From IMG/VR virus record IMGVR_UViG_3300027749_000042: a DNA stretch of 64,000 bases; one strand, given 5' to 3'. Positions 46,497 through 55,991 of this stretch are shown here, one piece after another; the first letter of the stretch is position 1, and the number at the start of each line of letters is the position of its first letter. The translations under genes were made by a program, and so were the position numbers. Under the pieces are notes generated by a model. That model saw only the letters and a list, made by a program, of their open reading frames with translations. It was not told the DNA's origin and searched no databases. This DNA is from a virus.

Positions 46497-47501
46497 ATGT
46501 CTAATATCACTGATTCGAAATACATAGCCCTCATCTCTCCCAAACTCTTGGTATTCAAGAAGAAGGGCGGCGCATATAATTTTCGTTGTCCTTTCTGTGG
46601 CGATTCCCAGAAAAACAAATACAAAGCCCGAGGCTATCTTTTTCCAAAGAAAGATGGCTACATATTCAAATGTCACAACTGCGATCTAGGTACCTCACTG
46701 TACAAGGTGATTGATACCATTGATCCTAATCTCGCTCGCGCATACAAGCTGGAATCATTCAAGGAACGTGGCTTAGGTAACGAGCCATTGCAGTTCTCTA
46801 TTCCAGATGTTCGCAAAGAAATCATAACCAAGACAGTTCTGGATGATATGCTGATAAAGATCAAGGATCTTCCGTCAGATCATTTTGCTGTGCAATATGT
46901 CAAGGGTCGCAAGATACCAAAGGATCGTTACGACGATCTATATTTCGCACGGGATATGAAAGCCCTAGAAACACTTAACCCTGCATATGAGGGCCGCCTG
47001 GTATCAGATGCTCGCCTTGTCATACCGTTTCGTAATGCGAATGGTAAACTAACAGGCGTGTCTGGGCGTGCGCTCGGTACATCCACACTCCGATATGTCA
47101 CTATGCGTATTGAAGACGAAGCCCTTGTCTATGGGCTCGATAAGGTAGATACAACAAAAACTATATACGTTGTAGAAGGTCCCATCGACAGCATGTTCTT
47201 ACCGAACGCAATTGCTGCTGGTGGTACTGACTTCACACGCGCTGTGCGTACCATACCTACAGATCGTGTTGTGCTTGTTTTTGATAATCAACCGCGTAAT
47301 CCACAGGTCGTAAAGAAAGTTGAATCATTTGTCGCTGGTGGGTACGGGGTCGTCATCTGGCCAGATCACTGGAAATATAAAGATATAAATGAAGCAATTA
47401 TTGATGGTTTGTCGCCAGAAGCAATTCACTCTATAATAAATACAGCTACGCATACTGGCTTGTCTCTCAAGCTTGCGATACGTTCCTGGAAAAAGTGTTG
47501 A
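46497..47501 (+). CDS. gp61: DNA primase gp61
   Basis: NFRCPFCGDS, FKCHNC zinc finger, VVEGPIDSMF, FDNQPRN, KDINE. Confidence 0.96.
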   Translation: MSNITDSKYIALISPKLLVFKKKGGAYNFRCPFCGDSQKNKYKARGYLFPKKDGYIFKCHNCDLGTSLYKVIDTIDPNLARAYKLESFKERGLGNEPLQFSIPDVRKEIITKTVLDDMLIKIKDLPSDHFAVQYVKGRKIPKDRYDDLYFARDMKALETLNPAYEGRLVSDARLVIPFRNANGKLTGVSGRALGTSTLRYVTMRIEDEALVYGLDKVDTTKTIYVVEGPIDSMFLPNAIAAGGTDFTRAVRTIPTDRVVLVFDNQPRNPQVVKKVESFVAGGYGVVIWPDHWKYKDINEAIIDGLSPEAIHSIINTATHTGLSLKLAIRSWKKC

Positions 47502-47562
47502 AATAGCCGAGAGCAATTCTCGGAACGATGTCGTTTGTTCAAAAAGAAAATTGGAGAATTAT

Positions 47563-49470
47563 ATGTCTAACTCGTTACCTTCCCTCTATCAGCAATTCAT
47601 TCACCTATCAAGATATTCAAGGTTCATGTGGGATGAAGGGCGACGAGAAAGTTGGAGTGAAACGATCAGCCGATTCTTTGATTTCTTTGAGAGTCATCTA
47701 AAGAGTAACCATAGTTATGATACGACTCAGATTAGAGCCGAACTTGAAGATGCGGTTTTGTCTCTCAAGGTCATGCCATCTATGCGTTGCATTATGACTG
47801 CTGGTGAAGCTTTGAAGCGTGAGAACATCGCAGCTTACAATTGCTCTTATGTTGCTGTGAATAGTCCACGGTCATTTGATGAGATCCTTTATATTCTTAT
47901 GAATGGTACAGGCGTTGGATTCTCTGTAGAGTCCAAAGACGTAGAACAACTCCCCATCGTTTCCGAAGATTTTCATACCAGCGACACCACAATCGTAGTG
48001 GCCGATTCTAAGCTTGGTTGGGCTAAATCACTCAAGGAACTTATCGGCATGCTTTATGTCGGGCAGATTCCTCAGTGGGACGTATCCAAGGTTCGTGCTG
48101 CTGGTACACCACTAAAGACGTTCGGTGGTCGTGCATCTGGTCCAGAGCCGCTTGAGGCTCTATTCAAGTTCTGTGTCGAAACATTCAAGAAGGCCGCTGG
48201 TCGTCGTCTAAACACATTGGAAGCCCATGATATCGTTTGTAAGATTGCTGATATTGTCGTTGTCGGTGGTGTTCGTCGCTCCGCTCTTATTTCTCTATCT
48301 GATCTTTCTGATGACCGTATGCGCGTTGCCAAGTCTGGTCAATGGTGGATGGATCAGTCTCAGCGCGCACTAGCTAATAACTCTGCGGTCTATAAAGAGA
48401 AGCCTGATATGGGTCTGTTCATGGAAGAGTGGAAGTCTCTCTATGAATCAAAGTCTGGTGAACGCGGTATCTTCAATCGTGCGAGCGCGAAGGCTACAGT
48501 TATCAAGCATGGTCGTCGTAACCCTGATTATGATTTTGGTACCAACCCATGCTCCGAGATTATCTTGCGCGACAAGGAATTCTGCAATCTATCCGAAGTT
48601 GTCGTGCGCGATACTGACACGATGGAAACTCTTAAGGAGAAGGTCTACTGGGCTACCATTCTTGGTACATGGCAGTCAACACTAACTGGATTTAAATATC
48701 TATCATCATCTTGGAAGCGCAACTGTGAAGAAGAGCGTTTGCTCGGTGTGTCAATGACAGGAATCATGGATAATGACCTCACAAATGGAAAACTCCCAGG
48801 AATTGAAGGCCGCTTGGCAGAGCTTCGTGAAATTGCAGTCGCCACGAATGCAAAGTTTGCTAAAGAATTGGGTATTCCGCAATCTGCTGCTGTTACCTGT
48901 GTTAAGCCTTCTGGGACTGTTTCTCAGCTTACTGATGCTGCTTCCGGTATTCATGCTCGTCATAATCCTTATTATATCCGCACCGTTCGTGCTGATAAGA
49001 AAGATCCACTGGCTGCTCTCATGATTGATGCTGGCATTCCAGTTGAAGATTGTGCGATGCGCCCTAATAATGTTTATGTGTTCTCGTTTCCAATGAAGGC
49101 ACCAGAGAATTCGGTATTCCGCACAGATATGACGGCCATTGAACAGCTTGAACTGTGGGTTACATATCAGGATCATTGGTGCGAACATAAGCCTTCGGTT
49201 ACCATTTCTGTCAAGGAACACGAATGGCTTGAAGTTGGTGCTTGGGTCTATAAGCATTTTGACAAGATGTCAGGCGTGTCATTTCTTCCATTCTCTGACC
49301 ATGTGTACAAGCAAGCACCATATCAAGACTGCACGAAGGAAGAATACGAGGCCTTCGCTGCTAAGATGCCTAAGGTAATTGATTGGTCTCGTCTCGGACA
49401 ATATGAGAAGACAGATAATACCACAGGTGCACAAGAATTAGCGTGTGTTGCAGGAGGCTGTGAAATCTAA
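47563..49470 (+). CDS. nrdJ: Class II (adenosylcobalamin-dependent) ribonucleotide reductase
   Basis: MPSMR, YNCS, GTGVGFS, VVVGGVRRSA, TNPCSEI, CVKPSGTVSQL, C-terminal CVAGGC; no nrdB nearby. Confidence 0.93.
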   Translation: MSNSLPSLYQQFIHLSRYSRFMWDEGRRESWSETISRFFDFFESHLKSNHSYDTTQIRAELEDAVLSLKVMPSMRCIMTAGEALKRENIAAYNCSYVAVNSPRSFDEILYILMNGTGVGFSVESKDVEQLPIVSEDFHTSDTTIVVADSKLGWAKSLKELIGMLYVGQIPQWDVSKVRAAGTPLKTFGGRASGPEPLEALFKFCVETFKKAAGRRLNTLEAHDIVCKIADIVVVGGVRRSALISLSDLSDDRMRVAKSGQWWMDQSQRALANNSAVYKEKPDMGLFMEEWKSLYESKSGERGIFNRASAKATVIKHGRRNPDYDFGTNPCSEIILRDKEFCNLSEVVVRDTDTMETLKEKVYWATILGTWQSTLTGFKYLSSSWKRNCEEERLLGVSMTGIMDNDLTNGKLPGIEGRLAELREIAVATNAKFAKELGIPQSAAVTCVKPSGTVSQLTDAASGIHARHNPYYIRTVRADKKDPLAALMIDAGIPVEDCAMRPNNVYVFSFPMKAPENSVFRTDMTAIEQLELWVTYQDHWCEHKPSVTISVKEHEWLEVGAWVYKHFDKMSGVSFLPFSDHVYKQAPYQDCTKEEYEAFAAKMPKVIDWSRLGQYEKTDNTTGAQELACVAGGCEI

Positions 49471-49625
49471 TGCCAGATAGAGATATTAGATGCCCTTGCG
49501 GCGAATATGAGTATACCATTTCATTTGAAAAGAATGGTAAGAAAGACGAACCATCATTCTGCGCCTTTTGTGGCGCAGATGTAGAAGACGCGAAGATTGA
49601 AGAACTCGAGGAAGATGAGGAGTAA
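49470..49625 (+). CDS. Small zinc-ribbon protein (51 aa, not in ORF track)
   Basis: MPDRDIRCPCG...FCAFCG plus acidic tail; TAATG overlap. Confidence 0.7.
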   Translation: MPDRDIRCPCGEYEYTISFEKNGKKDEPSFCAFCGADVEDAKIEELEEDEE

Positions 49626-49628
49626 ATT

Positions 49629-49919
49629 ATGAAACAGTGGTTATATTATGGTTGGGTAACATTCAAACATTGGTTTCTCTTTACATCGTGGACAATTTTC
49701 CACAGTAAAGAGGACCGAGCAGAACTGGTAAAGCTGTACAATGAAAGGCTTTTTCAGAAGAAGCAGATGGCAATATATGTTGCATATTTTGGTCGATTGG
49801 CAAAATATGATGAAATCGAAGACTTTACCCGTCTAGATTTGTATATCGGTGATTTAAAAGCCGATAGGTTTGATCTCGTAGACGAGTACTACAAGACTAA
49901 GGAAAAGAAGGACGAATAA
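49629..49919 (+). CDS. Hypothetical protein
   Basis: Packed ORF. Confidence 0.5.
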   Translation: MKQWLYYGWVTFKHWFLFTSWTIFHSKEDRAELVKLYNERLFQKKQMAIYVAYFGRLAKYDEIEDFTRLDLYIGDLKADRFDLVDEYYKTKEKKDE

Positions 49920-50620
49920 TGATTTCATTCATCATACCATGCTATAACGAAGAAGAACATATCAAAGATTGCATACGTTCTATTCGTAAACATGTGTGGT
50001 ACGTGCCGTATGAAATCATTGTGGTTGATAACAATTGTACCGATAAGACCGCTGAAATCGCAGAACTAGAAGGTGCTTTTGTTATCAAAGAATCTCGCAA
50101 GGGTGTTGTGTTTGCGAGACAAGCTGGCTATGAAGCTGCTAAAGGTTTTCTGATTGCTAACATTGATGCTGATTCCAAGATAACAGATGGTTGGGTTTGG
50201 GAAGCATTGAGTTGCCTATCTAATGAAAATGTTGTCGCTGTAAGCGGTCCTCTTGAATATGATGGTGCTAGTTTTGGTTTAAAGGTAATGACGAAACTAT
50301 ATTATCTTCTTGGCAAAGTGAGCAACGATTATATTGGTGTGTTTCTTCAAGGTGGAAACGCTATGATTAAAAAATCTGCTCTAGATAAAGTTGGTGGATA
50401 TGATCTATCAATTGCTTTCTATGGCGAAGACACTATGACAGCAAAGCGCATTCATCATCTTGGTAAAATAGTATTTAATATGTACATGATTACCACGACT
50501 TCACCTAGAAGACTTGAAGAGCAAGGCGTCCTCAAGACGACCTGGCTTTATTTGACTAACTATTTTTCCGTGACATTCAAAAATAAATCCACAACGAATG
50601 ATTACAAGGATTATAGATGA
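49919..50620 (+). CDS. GT2 family glycosyltransferase
   Basis: ISFIIPCYNEE, IIVVDNNCTD, IDAD, GED, TSPRR. Confidence 0.92.
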   Translation: MISFIIPCYNEEEHIKDCIRSIRKHVWYVPYEIIVVDNNCTDKTAEIAELEGAFVIKESRKGVVFARQAGYEAAKGFLIANIDADSKITDGWVWEALSCLSNENVVAVSGPLEYDGASFGLKVMTKLYYLLGKVSNDYIGVFLQGGNAMIKKSALDKVGGYDLSIAFYGEDTMTAKRIHHLGKIVFNMYMITTTSPRRLEEQGVLKTTWLYLTNYFSVTFKNKSTTNDYKDYR

Positions 50621-51345
50621 AGTCATACCGAACAGTATTCATCTCAGATATTCATCTGGGCACGAAAATGAGTCAAGCAGACCAGCTGCTTGAGTTTATG
50701 AAAACATTTGAGTGTGAGAAGATATATCTTGTTGGTGATATTGTTGATTGTTGGGCCATGTCAAAGAAAAACATATGGTCTCAATTTCATAATGACGTAA
50801 TTCAAAAGCTTTTACGTCGCGCTAGAAAGGGCACAGAAGTTGTATATATCCCAGGAAACCATGACGATGTTATGCGTAACTATTGCGATAACGAATTCGG
50901 TCATATTATTATGGTTAGGGAAGCCATACATGTGGGAGTCGATAATCGGTTATATCTTGTTACTCACGGCGATCAGTTTGATGTGGTAATTAGAAATGCG
51001 GAATGGCTTGCACATCTTGGTTCATGGGCATATGATCTTAGTATCGACATGAGCCTTTTTATTAATAAAATCGGAACCGTGTTTGGTATGAAATACTGGT
51101 CATTGTCTGCCTATTTAAAAGGTAGAGTAAAAGAGTCGGTAAATTTTATTGGCAACTATGAAGAGACGCTATGTAATTATGTGAGAGGCAAAAATCTTGA
51201 CGGAATTATATGCGGGCATATTCATCATGCTAATATTCGTGATATTGGCGGTATTAGATATATGAATTGTGGCGATTGGGTAGAATCGTGTACCGCATTG
51301 GTTGAGAACCATGATGGTACATTTGAAATTGTGAAGTGGAAGTAG
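50617..51345 (+). CDS. Metallophosphoesterase, PlcP/LpxH-like
   Basis: FISDIHLG, LVGDIVDCW, HNDVIQKLLRRARKG, PGNHD, HGDQFD, CGHIH, NCGDWVESCTALVE. Confidence 0.88.
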   Translation: MKSYRTVFISDIHLGTKMSQADQLLEFMKTFECEKIYLVGDIVDCWAMSKKNIWSQFHNDVIQKLLRRARKGTEVVYIPGNHDDVMRNYCDNEFGHIIMVREAIHVGVDNRLYLVTHGDQFDVVIRNAEWLAHLGSWAYDLSIDMSLFINKIGTVFGMKYWSLSAYLKGRVKESVNFIGNYEETLCNYVRGKNLDGIICGHIHHANIRDIGGIRYMNCGDWVESCTALVENHDGTFEIVKWK

Positions 51346-51358
51346 ACTATATAAGTCT

Positions 51359-51820
51359 ATGACATATGAGAATGCGTGGACTTTTAATGGTAAGGAATTT
51401 GACAGTGAGAATATCGGGGATGCGTACGGCTTCGTTTACCTTATCACAACACCAGAGGGTCAGAAGTACATCGGTAGAAAGTACTTCTGGTCTATCAGAA
51501 AAGTTAAGGGTAAGACCCGTCGTCAGCGATCCGAATCTGACTGGAAAAAGTATTATGGCTCCAGTGATTTACTCAAAGCCAAAATCAAAGAATCAGACAG
51601 AAAACTCTTCCGAAGAGAAATTATCTCTTTACATTCGACCAAAGGTCGTGTAAACTATGAAGAAGTAAAAGAGCAATTCGTAAATGGCGTCCTGGAAAGT
51701 GACGACTATATCAATGACAATATCAATGGAAAGTGGCACCGTGGACCAGAACACATCACAAGCAAATCAAGATTCTCTTCCCTCTCATCTGGGCGGGCAT
51801 CTAAACAAAACCCACAATGA
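51359..51820 (+). CDS. GIY-YIG (Seg-like) nuclease
   Basis: YGFVYLIT...KYIGRK, ESDWKKYYGS. Confidence 0.8.
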   Translation: MTYENAWTFNGKEFDSENIGDAYGFVYLITTPEGQKYIGRKYFWSIRKVKGKTRRQRSESDWKKYYGSSDLLKAKIKESDRKLFRREIISLHSTKGRVNYEEVKEQFVNGVLESDDYINDNINGKWHRGPEHITSKSRFSSLSSGRASKQNPQ

Positions 51821-52319
51821 TCGTGGCACTCTCCTTCATTGTATCGAGAAGTTTCAAATCAAATCATTCCTCGATGTTGGCTGTGGCCCTGGCGGTATGG
51901 TTCGTCTCGCACAAATGCGTAATCTATTCTCATTAGGTATCGACGGCGATTGGGAAGTTCCTAAGGAAAAAGAAGCAAAGATTATCATCCACGATTTCAC
52001 AACTGGTCCTGCGCCATTAGACCGCGAGTTCGATCTTGGTTGGTCTGTCGAGTTTCTTGAGCATGTGGATGAACAATATCAGGATAACTATATGCAAGCT
52101 TTTGCTCGCTGTAAGTATGTTGCATGTACCGCTGCTGGTCCTGGTGCACCTGGGCATCATCATGTGAACTGCCAACTACCTACATATTGGCTTGATGTTT
52201 TTGATAAGTATGGTTTTGATTATGATGACGAGACCACACAGGAAATTCGTCTACACAAGTCTACCATGCAGAAGCCATTCATGCAGCGCACTGGTATGTT
52301 TTTCGCAAGGAGAGCATAA
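51726..52319 (+). CDS. Class I SAM-dependent methyltransferase (start uncertain)
   Basis: FLDVGCGPG, GIDG, WSVEFLEHV, HHVNCQ. Confidence 0.8.
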   Translation: MESGTVDQNTSQANQDSLPSHLGGHLNKTHNDRGTLLHCIEKFQIKSFLDVGCGPGGMVRLAQMRNLFSLGIDGDWEVPKEKEAKIIIHDFTTGPAPLDREFDLGWSVEFLEHVDEQYQDNYMQAFARCKYVACTAAGPGAPGHHHVNCQLPTYWLDVFDKYGFDYDDETTQEIRLHKSTMQKPFMQRTGMFFARRA

Positions 52320-52540
52320 TGATTTCGCAATATTGGAGCACTGATAAAAAGCTTTGTGCTGAAGTCCGTTTGTTTGAAGAACGCAGATTGGGTCCTGATA
52401 CGGCCGCGGCTGCTAACATGTACGCGGTAGATTTCAAGCGCGATGGTGTGCTTGTCGAGACAAGATACTTTCCTGGCAAGAGTGAAGCCTATGCTGATAG
52501 CGCAGCCTATAACTGGACGATTGGTATTCTAAATCTTTAG
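52319..52540 (+). CDS. Hypothetical protein
   Basis: SD AGGAG; resembles next ORF (A.NWTIGI). Confidence 0.6.
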   Translation: MISQYWSTDKKLCAEVRLFEERRLGPDTAAAANMYAVDFKRDGVLVETRYFPGKSEAYADSAAYNWTIGILNL

Positions 52541-52548
52541 GAGATAAC

Positions 52549-52755
52549 ATGCAAATTTTAACGACACATAGTTGCGATGATGACCACCGTTGCGCTGACG
52601 TTCTCAAATATGAAGATGGCACATTTACAGTTCGGTTTCGTTTATACGAGACTGTAGTTAAGACACAAGATTTTTCAACCGATCAGCAAGAAGCTGAAGC
52701 GGCGGCTAAAGATTGGTCTATAGGTATTATGGTGCGTCCTGATAATTCTATGTAA
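52549..52755 (+). CDS. Hypothetical protein
   Basis: SD AGGAG; A.DWSIGI. Confidence 0.6.
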   Translation: MQILTTHSCDDDHRCADVLKYEDGTFTVRFRLYETVVKTQDFSTDQQEAEAAAKDWSIGIMVRPDNSM

Positions 52756-52769
52756 TAAAGGATTTAATT

Positions 52770-53501
52770 ATGATTGAACCTATTCGTATTTTCGTAGGCA
52801 CATCTTCTAACAATGAAGATGCTGAGGCTGAAATGGTGTTGGAATATACACTAAAGAAGCACGCCACGCATCCTATCCAGATTACATGGATGCGGCAGAC
52901 GCATGACACCAATTCGCATTGGGGTGGATGGGAAACAGAAAATTGGTCTACCCCTTTCAGTGGTTTTCGTTGGGCAATTCCAGAGGCATGTGGTTATCAT
53001 GGGCGAGCAATTTACATGGATGTGGATCAGCTTAATTTGCGTGATATCGCTGATCTATACGCAACGGATCTTAACGGGCGTCCTATGGCTGCTAGGCGCG
53101 GCGCTCGTTTTGGTGGTCATGAGTTTTGCGTCATTGTTATGGATTGTGAGCAGTTTAATGGTATTCTTACACCTGTGGCGCGAATGAAGCCTAACCCTTC
53201 TGCACATCATAGATATATCAACATGTTCTCGGGCAATGCGGAATATGTAACCGATCTTGATCCACGATGGAATTGTCACGATGGTGACGGATTAGTGCTT
53301 GACAATATCTGGCACTTGCACTATACTAAAATGAGTACACAACCTTGGAAGCCTGCGTGGTTTACTGGCAAAGCTGAGGAACATCCACGGCAAGACCTTG
53401 TGAAGCTTTGGCATGATATGCGAGCCGAAGCAGTTCTTAATGGCTACGCGCCACAGCTTACCAATGAAACATATGGCGACTATAACATCATAGGAAGATA
53501 A
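52770..53501 (+). CDS. GT-A (GT8-like) glycosyltransferase
   Basis: IRIFVG, STPFSGFRWAIP, AIYMDVD, WN, LHYT..TQPW. Confidence 0.75.
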   Translation: MIEPIRIFVGTSSNNEDAEAEMVLEYTLKKHATHPIQITWMRQTHDTNSHWGGWETENWSTPFSGFRWAIPEACGYHGRAIYMDVDQLNLRDIADLYATDLNGRPMAARRGARFGGHEFCVIVMDCEQFNGILTPVARMKPNPSAHHRYINMFSGNAEYVTDLDPRWNCHDGDGLVLDNIWHLHYTKMSTQPWKPAWFTGKAEEHPRQDLVKLWHDMRAEAVLNGYAPQLTNETYGDYNIIGR

Positions 53502-53502
53502 T

Positions 53503-53733
53503 ATGGCTTTGCGTGAAGATATGGGAGGTGCAATGGAGATATTCAATCACATGTATTTCCTGAAGAAGGAGATTGCGTATCTTACGAGGTACGCTGAAGT
53601 CAATGGGCCTCATGATATGGGTCACATTCATACTACCATCAGCGTTCTTCAAGGCCGCTTTGATGAATGCAAAAAGTTCTCGGATGATTTTATGGCCAGT
53701 TCTCGGCATCTTCTTGATGGGATTACACTATGA
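53503..53733 (+). CDS. Hypothetical protein
   Basis: HDMGHIHTTISVL..R motif; packed ORF. Confidence 0.55.
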   Translation: MALREDMGGAMEIFNHMYFLKKEIAYLTRYAEVNGPHDMGHIHTTISVLQGRFDECKKFSDDFMASSRHLLDGITL

Positions 53734-54446
53734 AACTATTTGCTTCCTGTGATTCCAAGTACCTTCGCGTACACGCGCCCGCGCTCGTAGCGTCGGCTGC
53801 ATATCATAATAACTCTATCCATATCAATGTGATTGCTCCTGGGCAAGATGATCGTGACATCCTTGATGATATGAGTTCCAAGTATCACAAGATATCTGAA
53901 TGGCCGCATAGTGATTTTAGTTGGTCTATGAGTACCATGTATGCTTGCCCTAAAGATTCAGAAGAACTGCGTACGGTTTATGCTTGCGATAGGTTCCTTA
54001 CCGCAGGTCTCGTTATGCAGAACCACGAATGCGATTTGCTTATCATCGACACCGACTGTTTGGTTATGCAACACATTGAACCAATTCTTGATGATCAGGT
54101 TGGATTGTTTCTTCGTGAGTCATTGCCCGGCACACAGGGTTGGGAAAATGCTGGTAGTCGTGTAGCAGCTGGTGCTGTGTTTATTTCACAAGAGGCTGTA
54201 CCATTCCTTGAGAAGGTTGAAAATCGTATCAGGAAAGGGCCTCTCGCGTGGTTCTTAGATCAGGTAGCTATCAATGAAGCTTATCAGGAAGATATTACTG
54301 ACTATCGTTTTAGGTATTTCGACGCGCAATTTATGGACTGGGAGTTCGTGGAAGGAACTACGATCTGGACTGGTAAAGGACCGCGGAAGTATGAGAACGA
54401 AAAGTACCTTGCCAAGAAAGCTTTCTTCGAAAGGATGATGCGGTGA
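53730..54446 (+). CDS. Nucleotide-diphospho-sugar transferase-like protein
   Basis: YACDRF, IIDTD (DxD), AAGAV, WFLDQ, WTGKG. Confidence 0.65.
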   Translation: MKLFASCDSKYLRVHAPALVASAAYHNNSIHINVIAPGQDDRDILDDMSSKYHKISEWPHSDFSWSMSTMYACPKDSEELRTVYACDRFLTAGLVMQNHECDLLIIDTDCLVMQHIEPILDDQVGLFLRESLPGTQGWENAGSRVAAGAVFISQEAVPFLEKVENRIRKGPLAWFLDQVAINEAYQEDITDYRFRYFDAQFMDWEFVEGTTIWTGKGPRKYENEKYLAKKAFFERMMR

Positions 54447-54649
54447 GATACTTCTGTTACCTGATAACAGGCGGTGAACGAGGCGAAACCTATGAAGTCG
54501 AAACAGTATCAGAGGAACAAATTCTTGATTGGGATTGGCGCGATTGGGTGCGCGAAGAACGTAAAAAAACAAACCCAAAAGAACTAACAAAAGAAAACTG
54601 TATCAATGATTGGGTTATTTTGAATAACGCATGGGAGAGTACGCCTTGA
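54443..54649 (+). CDS. Hypothetical protein
   Basis: SEEQIL..W...CINDWVILNNAW. Confidence 0.55.
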   Translation: MRYFCYLITGGERGETYEVETVSEEQILDWDWRDWVREERKKTNPKELTKENCINDWVILNNAWESTP

Positions 54650-55614
54650 GAAAAGTAACAATCCTATTCCCTCGCTTGGATGTTGCGTTCAAGGAAGGTC
54701 CAGTTTCTGAAGGTCGTGGTGAGATTCCACCGATTCGTATTCACTGGCAGAATTTCAAAGATAAGCTGTTGCAGCATCATATGCTTAAGGCTGGTGATAA
54801 GGTTTCAGTTATTGAAAAGCCACTTTGGCAATTTACGACTGAGTTCGTAGAATCACTAGACGCTGATATCGTGTATATTCCACATAAGTCGACCGATACT
54901 TTTCCTGTGAGTGGAAAAGAAGTTCGCTACTATATGCAGAGCGTATTTCCTTTTCAGTTCTATATTGACTCAAAGGGATTTGCTGGTGGTGCATCAAGGT
55001 ATCCATTTGATTTTGACAGAGGCCGTGAGATTCCACCTGGTAGTTTCTATGCTCAGATGCAGGCTCGTGCGCTCGCGGGTGAGAGTAAGTTCGCACAACC
55101 GCCTATGGGTAAAATTACAGTTGAATCTGATGGCCCATATGTTCTGTTTCCATGCCAGATTCCACACGATGAAACAATCAAGTACCATTCCGACATCTCG
55201 GTACTTGATGCATTGATGGCTACATGTGAGGCTACAAAGAAACTAAATATGCCACTGGTGGTAAAAGGGCATCCTGTAAATCCAGGTAGCATGGCACCAC
55301 TATATCAAGCGATTAAGCAATACGATGATGTTCATTGGGTTGATGATGTGTCCATTCACGATTTGATTCCCAAAGCACATGCGGTTGTCGTCGTAAATTC
55401 TGGGACTGGTATGGAAGCAATGCTTCATAAACGCCCAGTGATTACCTTTGGTAGATGTGAGTATGATTGCGTGAGTAACAAAGCTACGGCGGATAATATC
55501 GTTGACGTTCTCAGGTCTCCTGTGTTCAACGAGAAGGAAGTACGAGCATTTTTCGAGTCGTGGTACGAATGGACTTACGACACAAGAAACGGTAATTCTT
55601 TTAACGGGCTATAA
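54646..55614 (+). CDS. Capsular polysaccharide biosynthesis protein-like (KpsC/KpsS-type GT-B)
   Basis: LFPCQIPHD, VVKGHP, SIHDLI, VVNSGTGMEAMLH.RPVITFG. Confidence 0.75.
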   Translation: MRKVTILFPRLDVAFKEGPVSEGRGEIPPIRIHWQNFKDKLLQHHMLKAGDKVSVIEKPLWQFTTEFVESLDADIVYIPHKSTDTFPVSGKEVRYYMQSVFPFQFYIDSKGFAGGASRYPFDFDRGREIPPGSFYAQMQARALAGESKFAQPPMGKITVESDGPYVLFPCQIPHDETIKYHSDISVLDALMATCEATKKLNMPLVVKGHPVNPGSMAPLYQAIKQYDDVHWVDDVSIHDLIPKAHAVVVVNSGTGMEAMLHKRPVITFGRCEYDCVSNKATADNIVDVLRSPVFNEKEVRAFFESWYEWTYDTRNGNSFNGL

Positions 55615-55625
55615 GGAGAACGAAT

Positions 55626-55991
55626 ATGTCATACTGGGGTTATCACCTCCTATTGGACTGCGCTGAACTAGACCACGCAGCAATCACAGATGCGGATAAC
55701 ATCTATTATTTCGTCAAGCGTTTGGTCAAAGACATTGATATGGTTGCTTACGGCGAACCACAGATTGTAAACTTTGGCTCAGGCAACAAGGCCGGCTACA
55801 CATTGGTACAGTTAATCGAAACATCAAATATCGTAGCGCATTTTGTGCCAGATGATGGCATGGGTGGTAATGCTATGTACCTTGATGTATTCTCATGTAA
55901 GGAATATGACGATCAGATTGTCATCCAGCTGGTCAAGGAATATTTTGGTGCAAAGTATGTGCGTCCAAACTATCTCACAAGACAGGCGTAA
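55626..55991 (+). CDS. speD: S-adenosylmethionine decarboxylase proenzyme
   Basis: WGYHLLLD, GYTLVQLIETSNIVAHF, YLDVFSCK. Confidence 0.85.
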   Translation: MSYWGYHLLLDCAELDHAAITDADNIYYFVKRLVKDIDMVAYGEPQIVNFGSGNKAGYTLVQLIETSNIVAHFVPDDGMGGNAMYLDVFSCKEYDDQIVIQLVKEYFGAKYVRPNYLTRQA

